Source of the DNA: Candidatus Omnitrophota bacterium
GTDB lineage: Bacteria > Omnitrophota > Gorgyraeia > JAHJTE01
NCBI GenBank assembly: GCA_018830005.1
Contig: JAHJTE010000003.1
Location: 135,674-199,673, forward strand
Length of the DNA stretch: 64,000 nucleotides
Reading direction: 5' to 3'
The notes under the pieces were generated by a model. It was not told the origin of the DNA. It saw nothing but the letters and a program-made list of their open reading frames with translations, and did no database searches. Positions within the stretch are counted from its first letter, which is position 1. The number at the start of each line of letters is the position of its first letter. Positions 18,384-27,931 of this stretch are shown in pieces. The translations under genes were made by a program, and so were the position numbers.

Positions 18384-18715
18384 ACTCTCACCTTTTTCAT
18401 AGCCATCATAATTTTCTCGACGCCTTTTGCCTTTGTGGGCTCAAAATACAAATCCCTATCTACTTCAATACCGTTTGCGCTAAGCTTGCAAAGCTCCCTG
18501 AAGCTTATGTAGCCCCACTCAGCCATCTGGTAATCGTTGTTCAGAATAGCAAAGCCGAAAAGCAGCTCCTTTTCAGCATCGTACTCCGCGACATACCAGT
18601 CGCAGCCGCCCATGAAGAAATGCATGTGAATAACCTTTTCTTCCGCAGCTACGTCTTCTGTCTCATAGAATTTCGGTATTTTCTCAAGTTCCTTATCTGA
18701 TGGTTCATTCCACAT
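18380..18715 (-). CDS. DUF2958 family protein
   Basis: HFFMGGCDWYVAEYD...LFGF...AEWGYISFREL...IEVDRDLYFEP. Confidence 0.8.
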   Translation of the reverse strand: MWNEPSDKELEKIPKFYETEDVAAEEKVIHMHFFMGGCDWYVAEYDAEKELLFGFAILNNDYQMAEWGYISFRELCKLSANGIEVDRDLYFEPTKAKGVEKIMMAMKKVRV

Positions 18716-18836
18716 CTGGCACCGCCTCCGGGATAATTTGTTTCCCGAAGGAAAAGAAACAAATTAGCACCAAACCCAACAGATTCTTTTCAGTGCAAAA
18801 CTTAAAAGCAACCTTGTCCCCACTAATCAATAGAAA

Positions 18837-19322
18837 ATGCAGAACGGATACGCATACCCAATCATCAGCCCCGAATACTTTAGCAAAAGCCATGACCGAT
18901 ACCTCACTATCACAAGCCAAAAATACGCGCCCCCACCGCCAATCCCCGCCGCACCTTCAAGCTCATCAGGCATTGAAGACATCCTCGAACAAGACTCACA
19001 AGCCCTCCTCGACCAAGTTGTAACCACAGCGTTCTCAATTGTTTACCGCCTCAGAATTTACAATGATATAAACACCAAGCTGGATTACAGCTGGGCAAAG
19101 ACCAAGAGCCAGCTCTTTCAGCTCTATGACTGGATTCCCGGCACTAACATGAACGTAGAAAGGCGTAGAAGTATGCTGCAAAAAGAGCTTAACGGCATAG
19201 ACAAACAAAAACTCGAAGAAAAAATAAACTGCTGGAAAGACCTCACACAACCAACCAACTACTTTGTCAACCTGTTCCACAAACACAAAGAACTAAAGCA
19301 AGATAAAAAGATGATGGAATAG
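18837..19322 (+). CDS. hypothetical protein
   Basis: 161-aa ORF with A/C-ending codons like other element genes. Confidence 0.6.
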   Translation: MQNGYAYPIISPEYFSKSHDRYLTITSQKYAPPPPIPAAPSSSSGIEDILEQDSQALLDQVVTTAFSIVYRLRIYNDINTKLDYSWAKTKSQLFQLYDWIPGTNMNVERRRSMLQKELNGIDKQKLEEKINCWKDLTQPTNYFVNLFHKHKELKQDKKMME

Positions 19323-19376
19323 ATTTCTATATGCAGTTTTTCATATATATGTGATTAGCTAAAATTTCGGGCATCA

Positions 19377-19712
19377 CTACAGGACTAATATCCCTGCCCT
19401 GATCAGAAACGACCCAAATAGGATTGCAGCAATCCAGAATAAGACCTTGCTTACCTCAGGATACCCAGTGAAATACAATTCATGCCAAGTAATCCTCTCA
19501 GTGCCTTTTTCAGTAATGTTTTCTTTTGTATGCGTTTGTGCGTTAAAAGACATTCCAAAAAACATACAAAAGGCACTGGCTCCAAATAAGAAAATCAGAA
19601 AATTGTCTATTTGGGTCGCAAACAAGGAGAAAACGATGATAACTAATGAGCACATTATTCCAAGCCGGTCAGGGCTTAATATACTCTTGAGTTCTCTAAT
19701 AATCCCTTCCAT
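19377..19712 (-). CDS. small membrane protein
   Basis: 3 TM; TTTAAATA box 23 nt upstream of the ATG, no SD. Confidence 0.6.
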   Translation of the reverse strand: MEGIIRELKSILSPDRLGIMCSLVIIVFSLFATQIDNFLIFLFGASAFCMFFGMSFNAQTHTKENITEKGTERITWHELYFTGYPEVSKVLFWIAAILFGSFLIRAGILVL

Positions 19713-19778
19713 ACGACAGGGAGAGAGAATACAACTATTTAAATATTGGGCTGTCAGAAAACTCTTCCAGTGCTCGCC

Positions 19779-20069
19779 TCAAAATCTGCCCTTAACCAAT
19801 TTCTTAACCAGCACTGTAATCAGAACGGTAAAAATTCCAGAAACCTCGCTTGCAATAATACCCTTTATTATTGGGTCCAATGCATTAGCTAACCGTTCTG
19901 GGATTGATGGAAAATCAAACAATAAGCTAGCCATATAAACAACAAAAGGAACCAAAACTGCGAATTTAGCAATAAATACCAAATCCTTATTTAGATTCTT
20001 TGCTTGAACACCGCCAATGCCTGCCACAATAAAAATATCCAGTATAATTAATATTGAGTCTATTTCCAT
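19779..20069 (-). CDS. small membrane protein
   Basis: 3 TM; ATTAAATA box 22 nt upstream of the ATG. Confidence 0.55.
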   Translation of the reverse strand: MEIDSILIILDIFIVAGIGGVQAKNLNKDLVFIAKFAVLVPFVVYMASLLFDFPSIPERLANALDPIIKGIIASEVSGIFTVLITVLVKKLVKGRF

Positions 20070-20198
20070 ATGTCTGTAGATGTCAGCTCCCTATTTAATA
20101 ATTATGTTTATGGGCAGATTTTGAACTCTTGCGCTCCTCCTTCTTCAGTATCTTTTCAGTGTAAACCATTTATACCCTTCTGCTACTACTTTGATTTA

Positions 20199-21623
20199 AT
20201 GACAGATACAACTCTCACAGACGAGCTTCTTCTCAAGCTTGAGCCGGAATGGGGCAGCAAAAAAATAGAAAGCCTCAAGCTAATATACGCGCTTGGTGAC
20301 GAAGACCGAAAAACCAGAATAGAAAAAATCCTGAACATTTCATCCAGAAAACTCCTGAATGACAACCTCCTCAACACCAACGTTCTGCTGCCGCCGGTAA
20401 CAAAAGAAGAATGCGAAGGAAAAAAAGAAGTCTTTGCCGGAACAGTCTGCTACGGCAAAAATGGCGAGGACAAGCATAGGGAGCTATATCCCTTGTATCT
20501 CAATTTCGAAGACGTAAAAAACCACACACTCATAACAGGCCTCTCAGGCACAGGAAAAACCACGCTCGGCTACAACCTCCTAATAGAACTCTCACAAAAA
20601 GGCAAACGCTGCATCGTATTTGATTGGGACAGAACATGGCGAAACCTACTCTCACTCGACAAAAAAGAGTATCCATTCACTGAGAAAATAAAGGTCTACA
20701 CGATAGGGCGAAGCGACATTATGCCGTTTAGCTGGAACATGTTCTTCAACCCGCCACCAAACGTGAAATTCTCAAACTGGCTCGGCATATCATCCAGCAA
20801 ACCACTCCAAAAAAGCCTGTATTCCGGGCAAGGTGTAAGCGACTATCTCGAAAACGAAGCAGAACAGCTCATGGACGCATACCAAAACGGCGTACTCAAA
20901 ATGCTCCCAAACATCGAAGATATGAAAATCCGCATACAGGCAAAATACGCCCAAGCACGACAGCTCCTCTGGAAACAAAGCACAGAAAGAATCCTAAAAG
21001 AACTCACACGAGAAAGCATGAAAGAAGTATTCGGCTCACGACAGCCCATAGACATATCAAAAGAAATCCTTGAAAGAGACGGCATAACAATCATAGAAAT
21101 GGACATAGAAACACCCGAACACCTAAGAGTCCTGTTCCAGGAACTGGTCCTCAACTACTTCATGCTTTACTACCTGCACAAAGGCGAAGCAGAAAAAGAA
21201 GAACTCCGCACAGTAGTATTTCTCGAAGAATTCCCAAACATGCTACCCAAATCTAAAATTGAAACGCAAACCGGAGGAGAAATCATCAAAATGCTCTTCA
21301 AAGAAGCCAGAAAATTCGGGCTGGGAATCGTAGCCATAGCACAAGAAAGCTCAGAACTCCCAAACTATGTTACAGCAAACTGCAAAATCCAGGCACACTT
21401 CGCCTGCCAAACCAAGCGAGACATAGAAGCCACAGCGGGAAGTCTTTTTCTAAAGAAACATGAGATTCCTTATATGGATCTCATCTGGCAGGGTGAAGCA
21501 ATAATGAAAGTCAAAGGCAGAGTCAAAAACTGCCTCGTAAAAATCCCACTCGCTCCAATTAAAGAAAAAATCACTGACGAACAGCTCAAAGAGATGAAAG
21601 AAAAATGGCAGCCCCAAAGCTAA
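20199..21623 (+). CDS. HerA/DUF87-like P-loop ATPase
   Basis: HTLITGLSGTGKTT Walker A, VFLEEF Walker B, EARKFGLG...AQ; start set at MTDTTL, 22 nt after TTTATACC. Confidence 0.85.
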   Translation: MTDTTLTDELLLKLEPEWGSKKIESLKLIYALGDEDRKTRIEKILNISSRKLLNDNLLNTNVLLPPVTKEECEGKKEVFAGTVCYGKNGEDKHRELYPLYLNFEDVKNHTLITGLSGTGKTTLGYNLLIELSQKGKRCIVFDWDRTWRNLLSLDKKEYPFTEKIKVYTIGRSDIMPFSWNMFFNPPPNVKFSNWLGISSSKPLQKSLYSGQGVSDYLENEAEQLMDAYQNGVLKMLPNIEDMKIRIQAKYAQARQLLWKQSTERILKELTRESMKEVFGSRQPIDISKEILERDGITIIEMDIETPEHLRVLFQELVLNYFMLYYLHKGEAEKEELRTVVFLEEFPNMLPKSKIETQTGGEIIKMLFKEARKFGLGIVAIAQESSELPNYVTANCKIQAHFACQTKRDIEATAGSLFLKKHEIPYMDLIWQGEAIMKVKGRVKNCLVKIPLAPIKEKITDEQLKEMKEKWQPQS

Positions 21624-21970
21624 AGATAGTGTTCTACGAAAACGAAAATGTGCAGAGCTACTTCTACCTTGAGAAAACCGAATCGCTCCGAGTAATTAAA
21701 ATCCTAAAAATCCTTCCCCAGCTTACAGAATGGACACCCGTATCTACAATATCGAAAAAGATAAGCGCCAAATTGCCTGCAACCTTATGGACAATACAGA
21801 AGCTCGCAGGAGCACAACGCATAGAAATCAACACAGGCAAAGAAACCCAAACCATAGCAGAACGCCCCATAATCCTCGTCCAGAAAAAACAATACAACAC
21901 CCTCAACAACATCCTCAAAACAAAATACCTAAGAGCAACGGTATACGTCAAAGCACATATTCGAAAATAA
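21605..21970 (+). CDS. hypothetical protein (possible winged helix)
   Basis: 121-aa ORF overlapping the ATPase stop. Confidence 0.55.
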   Translation: MAAPKLKIVFYENENVQSYFYLEKTESLRVIKILKILPQLTEWTPVSTISKKISAKLPATLWTIQKLAGAQRIEINTGKETQTIAERPIILVQKKQYNTLNNILKTKYLRATVYVKAHIRK

Positions 21971-22049
21971 GGGGCACACATAAATACTTTAGTATTTATA
22001 TATCGAAAATGTGAAGCTCTCATCCTGATTGTTGCTTTTTTTTGTTAGC

Positions 22050-22385
22050 CTGCGGTTCTCCTGCCAGGGAGAAAAAACGCCTTTGAGGCGTAGCCGAGAA
22101 GTGGTTTTAGCATGGCAAGCCTTTGCGAGCAAGGCGAGCAATGGTAACAAAAAAACGATCCTTGCCACCCCATCCCTGCCAGTGCCTTTTCAGTGCAAGC
22201 ATTAAATACCTGCCAGATATTACCTGCCAGTAATTAACCAAATTCATACACGCTGACGAAAAGCACAAATTCTGAGAAGCCAAGCGAAAAGGCATCTCAC
22301 AGCGAACAGAAATCTTGAAGAGGGAGCACGCTCCTGTTTTTACGCGAAGGTTTTAACAGGAGAACCCCTAAAAAAATGCTCCCTC
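22050..22385. other. structured non-coding region with CCTGCCAG repeats (candidate origin)
   Basis: CCTGCCAG at 22060, 22175, 22209, 22223; nested inverted repeats AGGGAGCA/TGCTCCCT and CTCCTGTT/AACAGGAG. Confidence 0.4.
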
Positions 22386-22534
22386 CTCTTTTTTGAAAGG
22401 AGGTGATTGTTATGCAGTTTTGTCCTGATTGCGGAGGCCAGCTGATTCACGAGGAAGGCTGCGTGCTGTGCCCGTGCTGCGGCTGGAACGCATGCCAATG
22501 TGCACTGTGCATTGGCTAACAAGAAAGGAGGTAT

Positions 22535-22783
22535 ATGTTGAGAAGTATTACGCATGAAGAAGCAAAGAAATTCAGGGACCTGATAAGTGGCCAGTTTAGC
22601 AATTTTGTTTTGCTCGCAACAGAGCTGGACGGAATTGAAACCTGCGTTATCGCTTCCCTGGACGGCACCCAAGGAGACTACGTTACAACGCCCCTGGCTG
22701 TGCTAGTCAACAAGCCAATCTTCAGGAAACTCAAAAACCCGGGAGCCACGCTAACCCACAACCAAAACCTGATACTCGAATAA
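22535..22783 (+). CDS. hypothetical protein
   Basis: AAGGAGGT SD; 82 aa. Confidence 0.6.
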   Translation: MLRSITHEEAKKFRDLISGQFSNFVLLATELDGIETCVIASLDGTQGDYVTTPLAVLVNKPIFRKLKNPGATLTHNQNLILE

Positions 22784-22801
22784 AAAAAGGAGAAAAAAGC
22801 C

Positions 22802-23146
22802 ATGTGGAACAAACCAACAAGCAAAGACCTCGAGCAAATCCCCGCCTTTTACTCAACGGAAAGCACACCGCTAAAAGACAAAATCATACACGCCCACTTC
22901 TTCATAGGCGGATGCGACTGGTACGCAACAGAATACGATCCAAAGGATGAACTCTTCTTCGGGTTTGCCATACTCAACAACGACCTCGAAATGGCAGAGT
23001 GGGGATACTTCAGCCTCAAAGAGTTAAGCGATTTGAAAGTGTCTTTTCTTGAAGTTGACAGAGACCTCCACTGGAACCCAACAAAAGCACAGAACATAGA
23101 AAAGATTGCGGAAGCACAGGGATGGCAAACAGTAAGCACCACATAA
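22802..23146 (+). CDS. DUF2958 family protein (paralog of 18380-18715)
   Basis: MWNKP...HFFIGGCDWYATEYD...AEWGYFSLKEL...EVDRDLHW. Confidence 0.8.
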   Translation: MWNKPTSKDLEQIPAFYSTESTPLKDKIIHAHFFIGGCDWYATEYDPKDELFFGFAILNNDLEMAEWGYFSLKELSDLKVSFLEVDRDLHWNPTKAQNIEKIAEAQGWQTVSTT

Positions 23147-23156
23147 GGAGGGCTGC

Positions 23157-23381
23157 ATGAGAAGTCTAATCGAAAAAAATCTGGAACGCACATCAATCCA
23201 GACAAGCCTGCCAGCAATGCTCAAAACACTCAGGTACTTCTGCCTGAGCATGACATCAATCCTGCTATCCCTCATCTTCCCAATAGCAGAACTTCAATTC
23301 CTTGTGCTTGCCATAATCACAGGAGCCAAGTGGATAACAGACAGCAAACACAATGGAATAATCATTATCGAAAGGGGGTGA
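23157..23381 (+). CDS. small membrane protein
   Basis: AAGGAGG SD, 2 hydrophobic segments. Confidence 0.5.
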   Translation: MRSLIEKNLERTSIQTSLPAMLKTLRYFCLSMTSILLSLIFPIAELQFLVLAIITGAKWITDSKHNGIIIIERG

Positions 23382-23386
23382 AAAAA

Positions 23387-23635
23387 ATGATACAGGTTGC
23401 AAGGTTATGCAGGTTCGATAGCGACTCATCATTAAAGGCATTCGTTGACGTGTCTATCAACGGACAGGTGCTTGTGAAAGGCATACGAGTTGTTATGGGA
23501 AAAAAGGGCTTGTTTACTTCAATGCCAAGAGAAAAGTCCAAAGACGGCAAATGGTACGAAACCGTCATGCTCCTGAACGAAGAAATAAAACAGGAATTGC
23601 AAGAAGCAGTTCTTGAAGCTTTTAATACTGAGTAA
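23387..23635 (+). CDS. spoVG: SpoVG family nucleic-acid-binding protein
   Basis: LKAFVDVSI...VKGIRVVMGKKGLFTSMP..K.KDGKWYETV. Confidence 0.85.
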   Translation: MIQVARLCRFDSDSSLKAFVDVSINGQVLVKGIRVVMGKKGLFTSMPREKSKDGKWYETVMLLNEEIKQELQEAVLEAFNTE

Positions 23636-23888
23636 CAGGATAAAAGTTGCTGGCTTGCTCAAAACCAGCCCCTATGAAGGTGAAAAACCTATCTAACTTA
23701 TTTCGCAAAAGGAATAAGGACAACAGCGGGGAAAAGCCAAAACCAACACTACCACCACTACCACCACCGAAAAAGCTCCTGGGCACGAGCCATAAACTGC
23801 CCGCTTCCTTTGACTGAAAAAGAAAGGGGGCAAGAAAAGCGAAAGCTTTAAATAATCTAAAGTAATACTATGTTGCATGGTGTTATAA

Positions 23889-24074
23889 ATGGTAAAGATT
23901 TTAGTTGAATTATCCGCCGAGGAAGATAAAATCGTCGAAGTGTACAAAATAGTGAACAAGCTGAAGACAAAACAAGACGCAATTAAGGACATGGTAAGAT
24001 ACTTTGAAGTCAACATAACACCAAAAAAGCTTAATAAGAACGAAGAATACTATAAAAAAGCCCTAAAATTTTGA
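23889..24074 (+). CDS. DUF2683-like small RHH protein (archaeal type)
   Basis: MVKILVELSAEEDKIVEVYKIVNKLKTKQDAI; upstream GAAAGCTTTAAATA BRE/TATA-like box. Confidence 0.6.
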   Translation: MVKILVELSAEEDKIVEVYKIVNKLKTKQDAIKDMVRYFEVNITPKKLNKNEEYYKKALKF

Positions 24075-24075
24075 G

Positions 24076-24612
24076 GTGGAACAAATGATTAGCACTACTT
24101 GGACAATAGTCAGCGTTGTTGCAATAATTGTCTTAGGCTATATTTGGCATACATACAACAAACTTGTGAACCTACGAATACTCGTAGAAAGACAAGCAAG
24201 CCACTTAGAAGCACATTTAAAAAAGAAATTCGACCTAATACCTGCGCTAACAGAAGTAGTGAAAGGCTACTCTAACCACGAAAAAGGAATACTGACCGAA
24301 GTAACAAAGCTCAGATCACAATGGGGTACAGCAAGCAATACTACTGACAAGATGAAAACAGCAAATATGCTAGAATCAGCATTATCCAAATTACTCATTG
24401 TTCACGAAAGATATCCGAACATAAAAGCAGACAGAAGCTTCAACAACATCCAAAAGAACATCCACTACGTCGAAAGAGAATTACTCCACGAAAGAAAAGT
24501 ATTCAACAAAAGAGTTAGCTACTTCAAACAAAAGGTAGAACAGTTTCCCTCAAATATCATAGCAAAGATGTTCAGGTTTAAAGAAAAAGAATTTTTTTCA
24601 ATGGAAGAATGA
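24076..24612 (+). CDS. lemA: LemA family protein
   Basis: N-terminal TM, YNKLV.LR, LKKKFDLIP.L..VVKGY..HE, ERYPNIKA, FPSNIIAKMF.F. Confidence 0.88.
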   Translation: MEQMISTTWTIVSVVAIIVLGYIWHTYNKLVNLRILVERQASHLEAHLKKKFDLIPALTEVVKGYSNHEKGILTEVTKLRSQWGTASNTTDKMKTANMLESALSKLLIVHERYPNIKADRSFNNIQKNIHYVERELLHERKVFNKRVSYFKQKVEQFPSNIIAKMFRFKEKEFFSMEE

Positions 24613-24806
24613 AAATGAATGGCAAAAAAATTAAGAAAGCAGTATCCCTATCTCTAGGGCTATTAGTCGCGTTCTTTGCGCATAAATGGTTTGAGCAAGC
24701 TTATACTCAGCCTACTGATTGGGGAAAATGGGTAATGATAGCAGTCACGTTGATTATTTTGATGGTAATTGTCTATTTTAATGTTGACAAGGACGGTAAT
24801 TTTTAA
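24609..24806 (+). CDS. small 2-TM protein
   Basis: Overlaps the lemA stop; hydrophobic. Confidence 0.55.
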   Translation: MKMNGKKIKKAVSLSLGLLVAFFAHKWFEQAYTQPTDWGKWVMIAVTLIILMVIVYFNVDKDGNF

Positions 24807-24836
24807 TTACGGCAAGGTTTTCTTGCCCCTCTTTTT

Positions 24837-25130
24837 TTAGTAATGGCAGAACTGTCTTATTGTATTAAGAACATTGGAAGGTGCTTTTTCTTTCAAAACT
24901 TTGAAAGCTTCGTAAAAAGCATTGATTTGATCAGTGGATAAAGCGGCAAAGAAATCAATATTATCACAGTAAGGATTAAACCCAACTTCAAGATTCTCAT
25001 AAAACCCAAAATAAGAGCTCATCTTTCCCCCGCAAACATTTTTCAATGCCTCAAAGTTTTCAGAAGAAAGATTCGTCCAAAGAAACCGGACAAAATTAGC
25101 CTCGAGTAATGATCTCTTCAAATTATCCAT
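24837..25130 (-). CDS. hypothetical protein
   Basis: 97-aa ORF co-oriented with 25157-25735. Confidence 0.5.
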   Translation of the reverse strand: MDNLKRSLLEANFVRFLWTNLSSENFEALKNVCGGKMSSYFGFYENLEVGFNPYCDNIDFFAALSTDQINAFYEAFKVLKEKAPSNVLNTIRQFCHY

Positions 25131-25156
25131 ATTTTATGTGGGCGATTATACGTTTT

Positions 25157-25735
25157 TTATTCTAATCTTAAAAAAGCTGACGTCGTACCATCTTTATTGA
25201 TATCCCAATACTTAGGCTGATGTAGAACCATCGCACCCTTATTGTTATCGTGGCCAAAAATTTCTTTTTCAATGGTTGAGAGACATTTTAAATTTTGTTG
25301 TGCCAACTTTCGGAATGGGATTTCTGCAATTTTTGGATTCATATGATGTATATCAGCCCGAAAACTTTCCCAAATTTTCGTTGAAGCATCAGCACAATCT
25401 TGCGAAATAATGTTTTTTATATTAAATTCATCAATTAATTCTTTGATGGTTTTTGTGATTCCATCTTCTTTGTGTCTTTCAATATTATTTCTTTCAGCGA
25501 TGAATTTAATTATGCCTTCATTAATGGCATGACTCATCATGACTGCTCCAATAAAATAACCGTCTCGATAGAGATAAATGCATTCAGAGGAAACTTTGGC
25601 AAAATAATGCCCTCCAACAATCCCCTGGTGTTCAATTTCTAAATATCTTGTTATTTTTTCTTCAATTGAGCCTTTGCATTGAGATTCAATGCTTTCTTTT
25701 AATTGAATTCTTCTTAGTTTTTCGACATTATCCAT
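25157..25735 (-). CDS. hypothetical HEPN-like protein
   Basis: YRDGYFIGAVMMSHAINE ... FRADIHH (Rx4H). Confidence 0.6.
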   Translation of the reverse strand: MDNVEKLRRIQLKESIESQCKGSIEEKITRYLEIEHQGIVGGHYFAKVSSECIYLYRDGYFIGAVMMSHAINEGIIKFIAERNNIERHKEDGITKTIKELIDEFNIKNIISQDCADASTKIWESFRADIHHMNPKIAEIPFRKLAQQNLKCLSTIEKEIFGHDNNKGAMVLHQPKYWDINKDGTTSAFLRLE

Positions 25736-25908
25736 TTTATTCTTTCATATTTCATAAGATTTTGGTATCTTTTCAATGATTCCCTACATTTTAATAGTTT
25801 ACACCTACCAACACACCAAAACAACACTATTCTTTTCATTGCAAAACAAGTGCAAATAATAAATACTTTTCTGCAACTACTTCAGAATAGATTCAACGAA
25901 AGGGGGTA

Positions 25909-26112
25909 GTGATGGCTTATACGCCAGAACTAAGTTTTGAAAAAAGCTGCGTGCTGCGAAGAATTGCATGGTCATTGCACAAGCCGATGACTTATGCAAT
26001 TGAATGGGCCTTTGACGAACTCGTCAAAAACCTTGACGCGCAGGCAATCTGTAAAGCCTGCAAAGACCCAACCCAATGCGGCACCTGTCCATTCAAAGCG
26101 GGGAGGCTCTAA
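25909..26112 (+). CDS. hypothetical protein with CxxC..CxxC
   Basis: MAYTPELS...LRRIAW...ICKACKDPTQCGTC. Confidence 0.6.
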   Translation: MMAYTPELSFEKSCVLRRIAWSLHKPMTYAIEWAFDELVKNLDAQAICKACKDPTQCGTCPFKAGRL

Positions 26113-26153
26113 GCCTCCCACCACTTTTCAACCAACAAGGGGGTATTAAAAAA

Positions 26154-26354
26154 ATGGCAAAGAAAGAAGAAACCAAACAGGCAGAAAAGAAATTTGAGGG
26201 AAAACAGCCAGCTAAACAGTTCGAGGAAAAACAGCCAATACTCGAAAGAAAGATAAGCCTAAGTAACGACGGCAATTGGCTCATCATCAAGACAATCAGG
26301 ACAGACATTGTTCACGTCAACTACATGAACAAAATCCTCAACAAAGGTGAATAG
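26154..26354 (+). CDS. hypothetical protein
   Basis: MAKKEETKQ...ISLSNDGNWLIIKTIRTDIVHVNY. Confidence 0.6.
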   Translation: MAKKEETKQAEKKFEGKQPAKQFEEKQPILERKISLSNDGNWLIIKTIRTDIVHVNYMNKILNKGE

Positions 26355-26356
26355 CA

Positions 26357-26545
26357 ATGGACGACCTCGAAGAGCGCTGCAAAAAAGCAGTGCTCAACAT
26401 AGCCAGCCACGTCAGCGACATTAAACACAACGTCAAAGACATGAACCACAAACTCAGCCACTTCCTGAGAAATTATCGTGAGGACTACTACGAAGCACTC
26501 GACGGCATAAAATACCAAAAACAACTGAAAGAATACCAAAGATAA
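26357..26545 (+). CDS. hypothetical protein
   Basis: AGGTGA SD; 62 aa. Confidence 0.5.
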   Translation: MDDLEERCKKAVLNIASHVSDIKHNVKDMNHKLSHFLRNYREDYYEALDGIKYQKQLKEYQR

Positions 26546-26599
26546 ATTCCTGACAAAAAGTTTATATAGGCGAATCACGTTAAAATATCTGATAGCCAG

Positions 26600-27226
26600 T
26601 TGAAAATTGAAAAAAAATACATGGTCTTAAGTTGTGTTTTCCTTATTCCAGTTTTACTTATCATATTATTTTTGTTAACTGGCTGTGCAAGAAGCGTGCA
26701 ACAAACCGAGGCAAGCCAACCCGAAAGAAACTGCGACCAATATCCAAATAATGGAGACTGCGTTTGTCCTGAAGGACTTACTAAAAGAGCGTCAAGCATA
26801 GGTCTTTATTGCGAAAATATCACCTGCTTTGGTTACTTGACGCATGATGGACAGTGTGTTGATGAATGTCCTGAAGGTTATGAGCCAATTATGAGCACAG
26901 CTCCAGGCCCACCTCCGGATTGCGTTATTGAAGGCTATTTCTCTTCTGAAAGAAGAAAGCAAGAAACTGAATGTGAAAAGGATAATGACTGTGTTTGGGA
27001 TGAGTACGAGATTAACTCTTGTTGCACCTGTATTCCCCAAATTGTTAATGTCAAAACGCGTGAAAGGAATATGCAGTGGCGAGAGAAAAACTGTGTTGGA
27101 CCAGCGAATTATTCCGAGTGGAAATGGCGTCTCTGCCCCGACAGCCCTTACATAGAGCACAGGTGCAATTGGACAATTGAAACAGAACCGCTTATTTGTT
27201 GGGAAGGAAAAAAATGCACAGTATAG
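26600..27226 (+). CDS. Cys-rich lipoprotein/surface protein
   Basis: LLTGC lipobox; many Cys (CVCPEG, CVDECPEG, CEKDNDC, SCCTC); AAAAAGTTTATATA box upstream. Confidence 0.7.
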   Translation: MKIEKKYMVLSCVFLIPVLLIILFLLTGCARSVQQTEASQPERNCDQYPNNGDCVCPEGLTKRASSIGLYCENITCFGYLTHDGQCVDECPEGYEPIMSTAPGPPPDCVIEGYFSSERRKQETECEKDNDCVWDEYEINSCCTCIPQIVNVKTRERNMQWREKNCVGPANYSEWKWRLCPDSPYIEHRCNWTIETEPLICWEGKKCTV

Positions 27227-27317
27227 GAACAACAATCAACAACACCAAAACATAACCGTTTTTCTTAGTACCTTTTCAGTGTAAACTTCTTAAACAGCTA
27301 ACCCCATAACTGATTCT

Positions 27318-27755
27318 GTGGCATCTGCGCAACACCTCATCAAGAAAATGTTTGAAATCCTCGAAGCACAGAAAAGAGACATAAACCAGCTCTACCTCGT
27401 CACACAGCACGCCGTAACAGACATATACAGGGCAAACTCTTACGCAGCCCAGCTGGAAGGCATCCTGCAAAAAATAAGCAGCCTCCTGGCCATCTATGAA
27501 AGCCTCAAAAATAGCGCAGCGGACATGACAGACAAAGAAGCAAAAAAGTACGCGCAGCTCCTCAACAACATAGCCACAGAAACCAAATTCCTCAAAGCAA
27601 CAAGCGAAGCAATGGACGACACCATAAAAAAGGTTAAAGATTCAGGGGACATAGAGCACAGAATCAGTGGAAACATAGTGCACTTAAAGAAGCAAGTAAA
27701 TAAGACGCTTAAGAAAATGGAGCAAATCATATCAACAAATCAAACTATATTCTAA
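27318..27755 (+). CDS. coiled-coil hypothetical protein
   Basis: 145-aa helical ORF. Confidence 0.5.
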   Translation: MASAQHLIKKMFEILEAQKRDINQLYLVTQHAVTDIYRANSYAAQLEGILQKISSLLAIYESLKNSAADMTDKEAKKYAQLLNNIATETKFLKATSEAMDDTIKKVKDSGDIEHRISGNIVHLKKQVNKTLKKMEQIISTNQTIF

Positions 27756-27931
27756 ACAAACCAAAGATATTTATACTTAAACAACTCTTGTTTTCACACG
27801 CAAACAACTTTTTTCAATAGCACATTGAACCTTCTCAACTATGGGCTCAGAGCTCAGCCGGAGACTGGTTTAGTGTTCTATTGGTTGTTAAACAATATTT
27901 TTATATTGTGCGTTACTGTGAGGTGATGAAT

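Noticed and set aside
23742-23768. ACC/ACT trinucleotide run (ACCAACACTACCACCACTACCACCACC)
   Set aside because: A short low-complexity tract consistent with the local C/A skew; no evidence of function.
27843-27866. GGGCTCAGAGCTCAGCCGG resembling a tRNA 5' end or att site before the tyrosine integrase
   Set aside because: No cloverleaf continuation and I found no second copy; too short to support.
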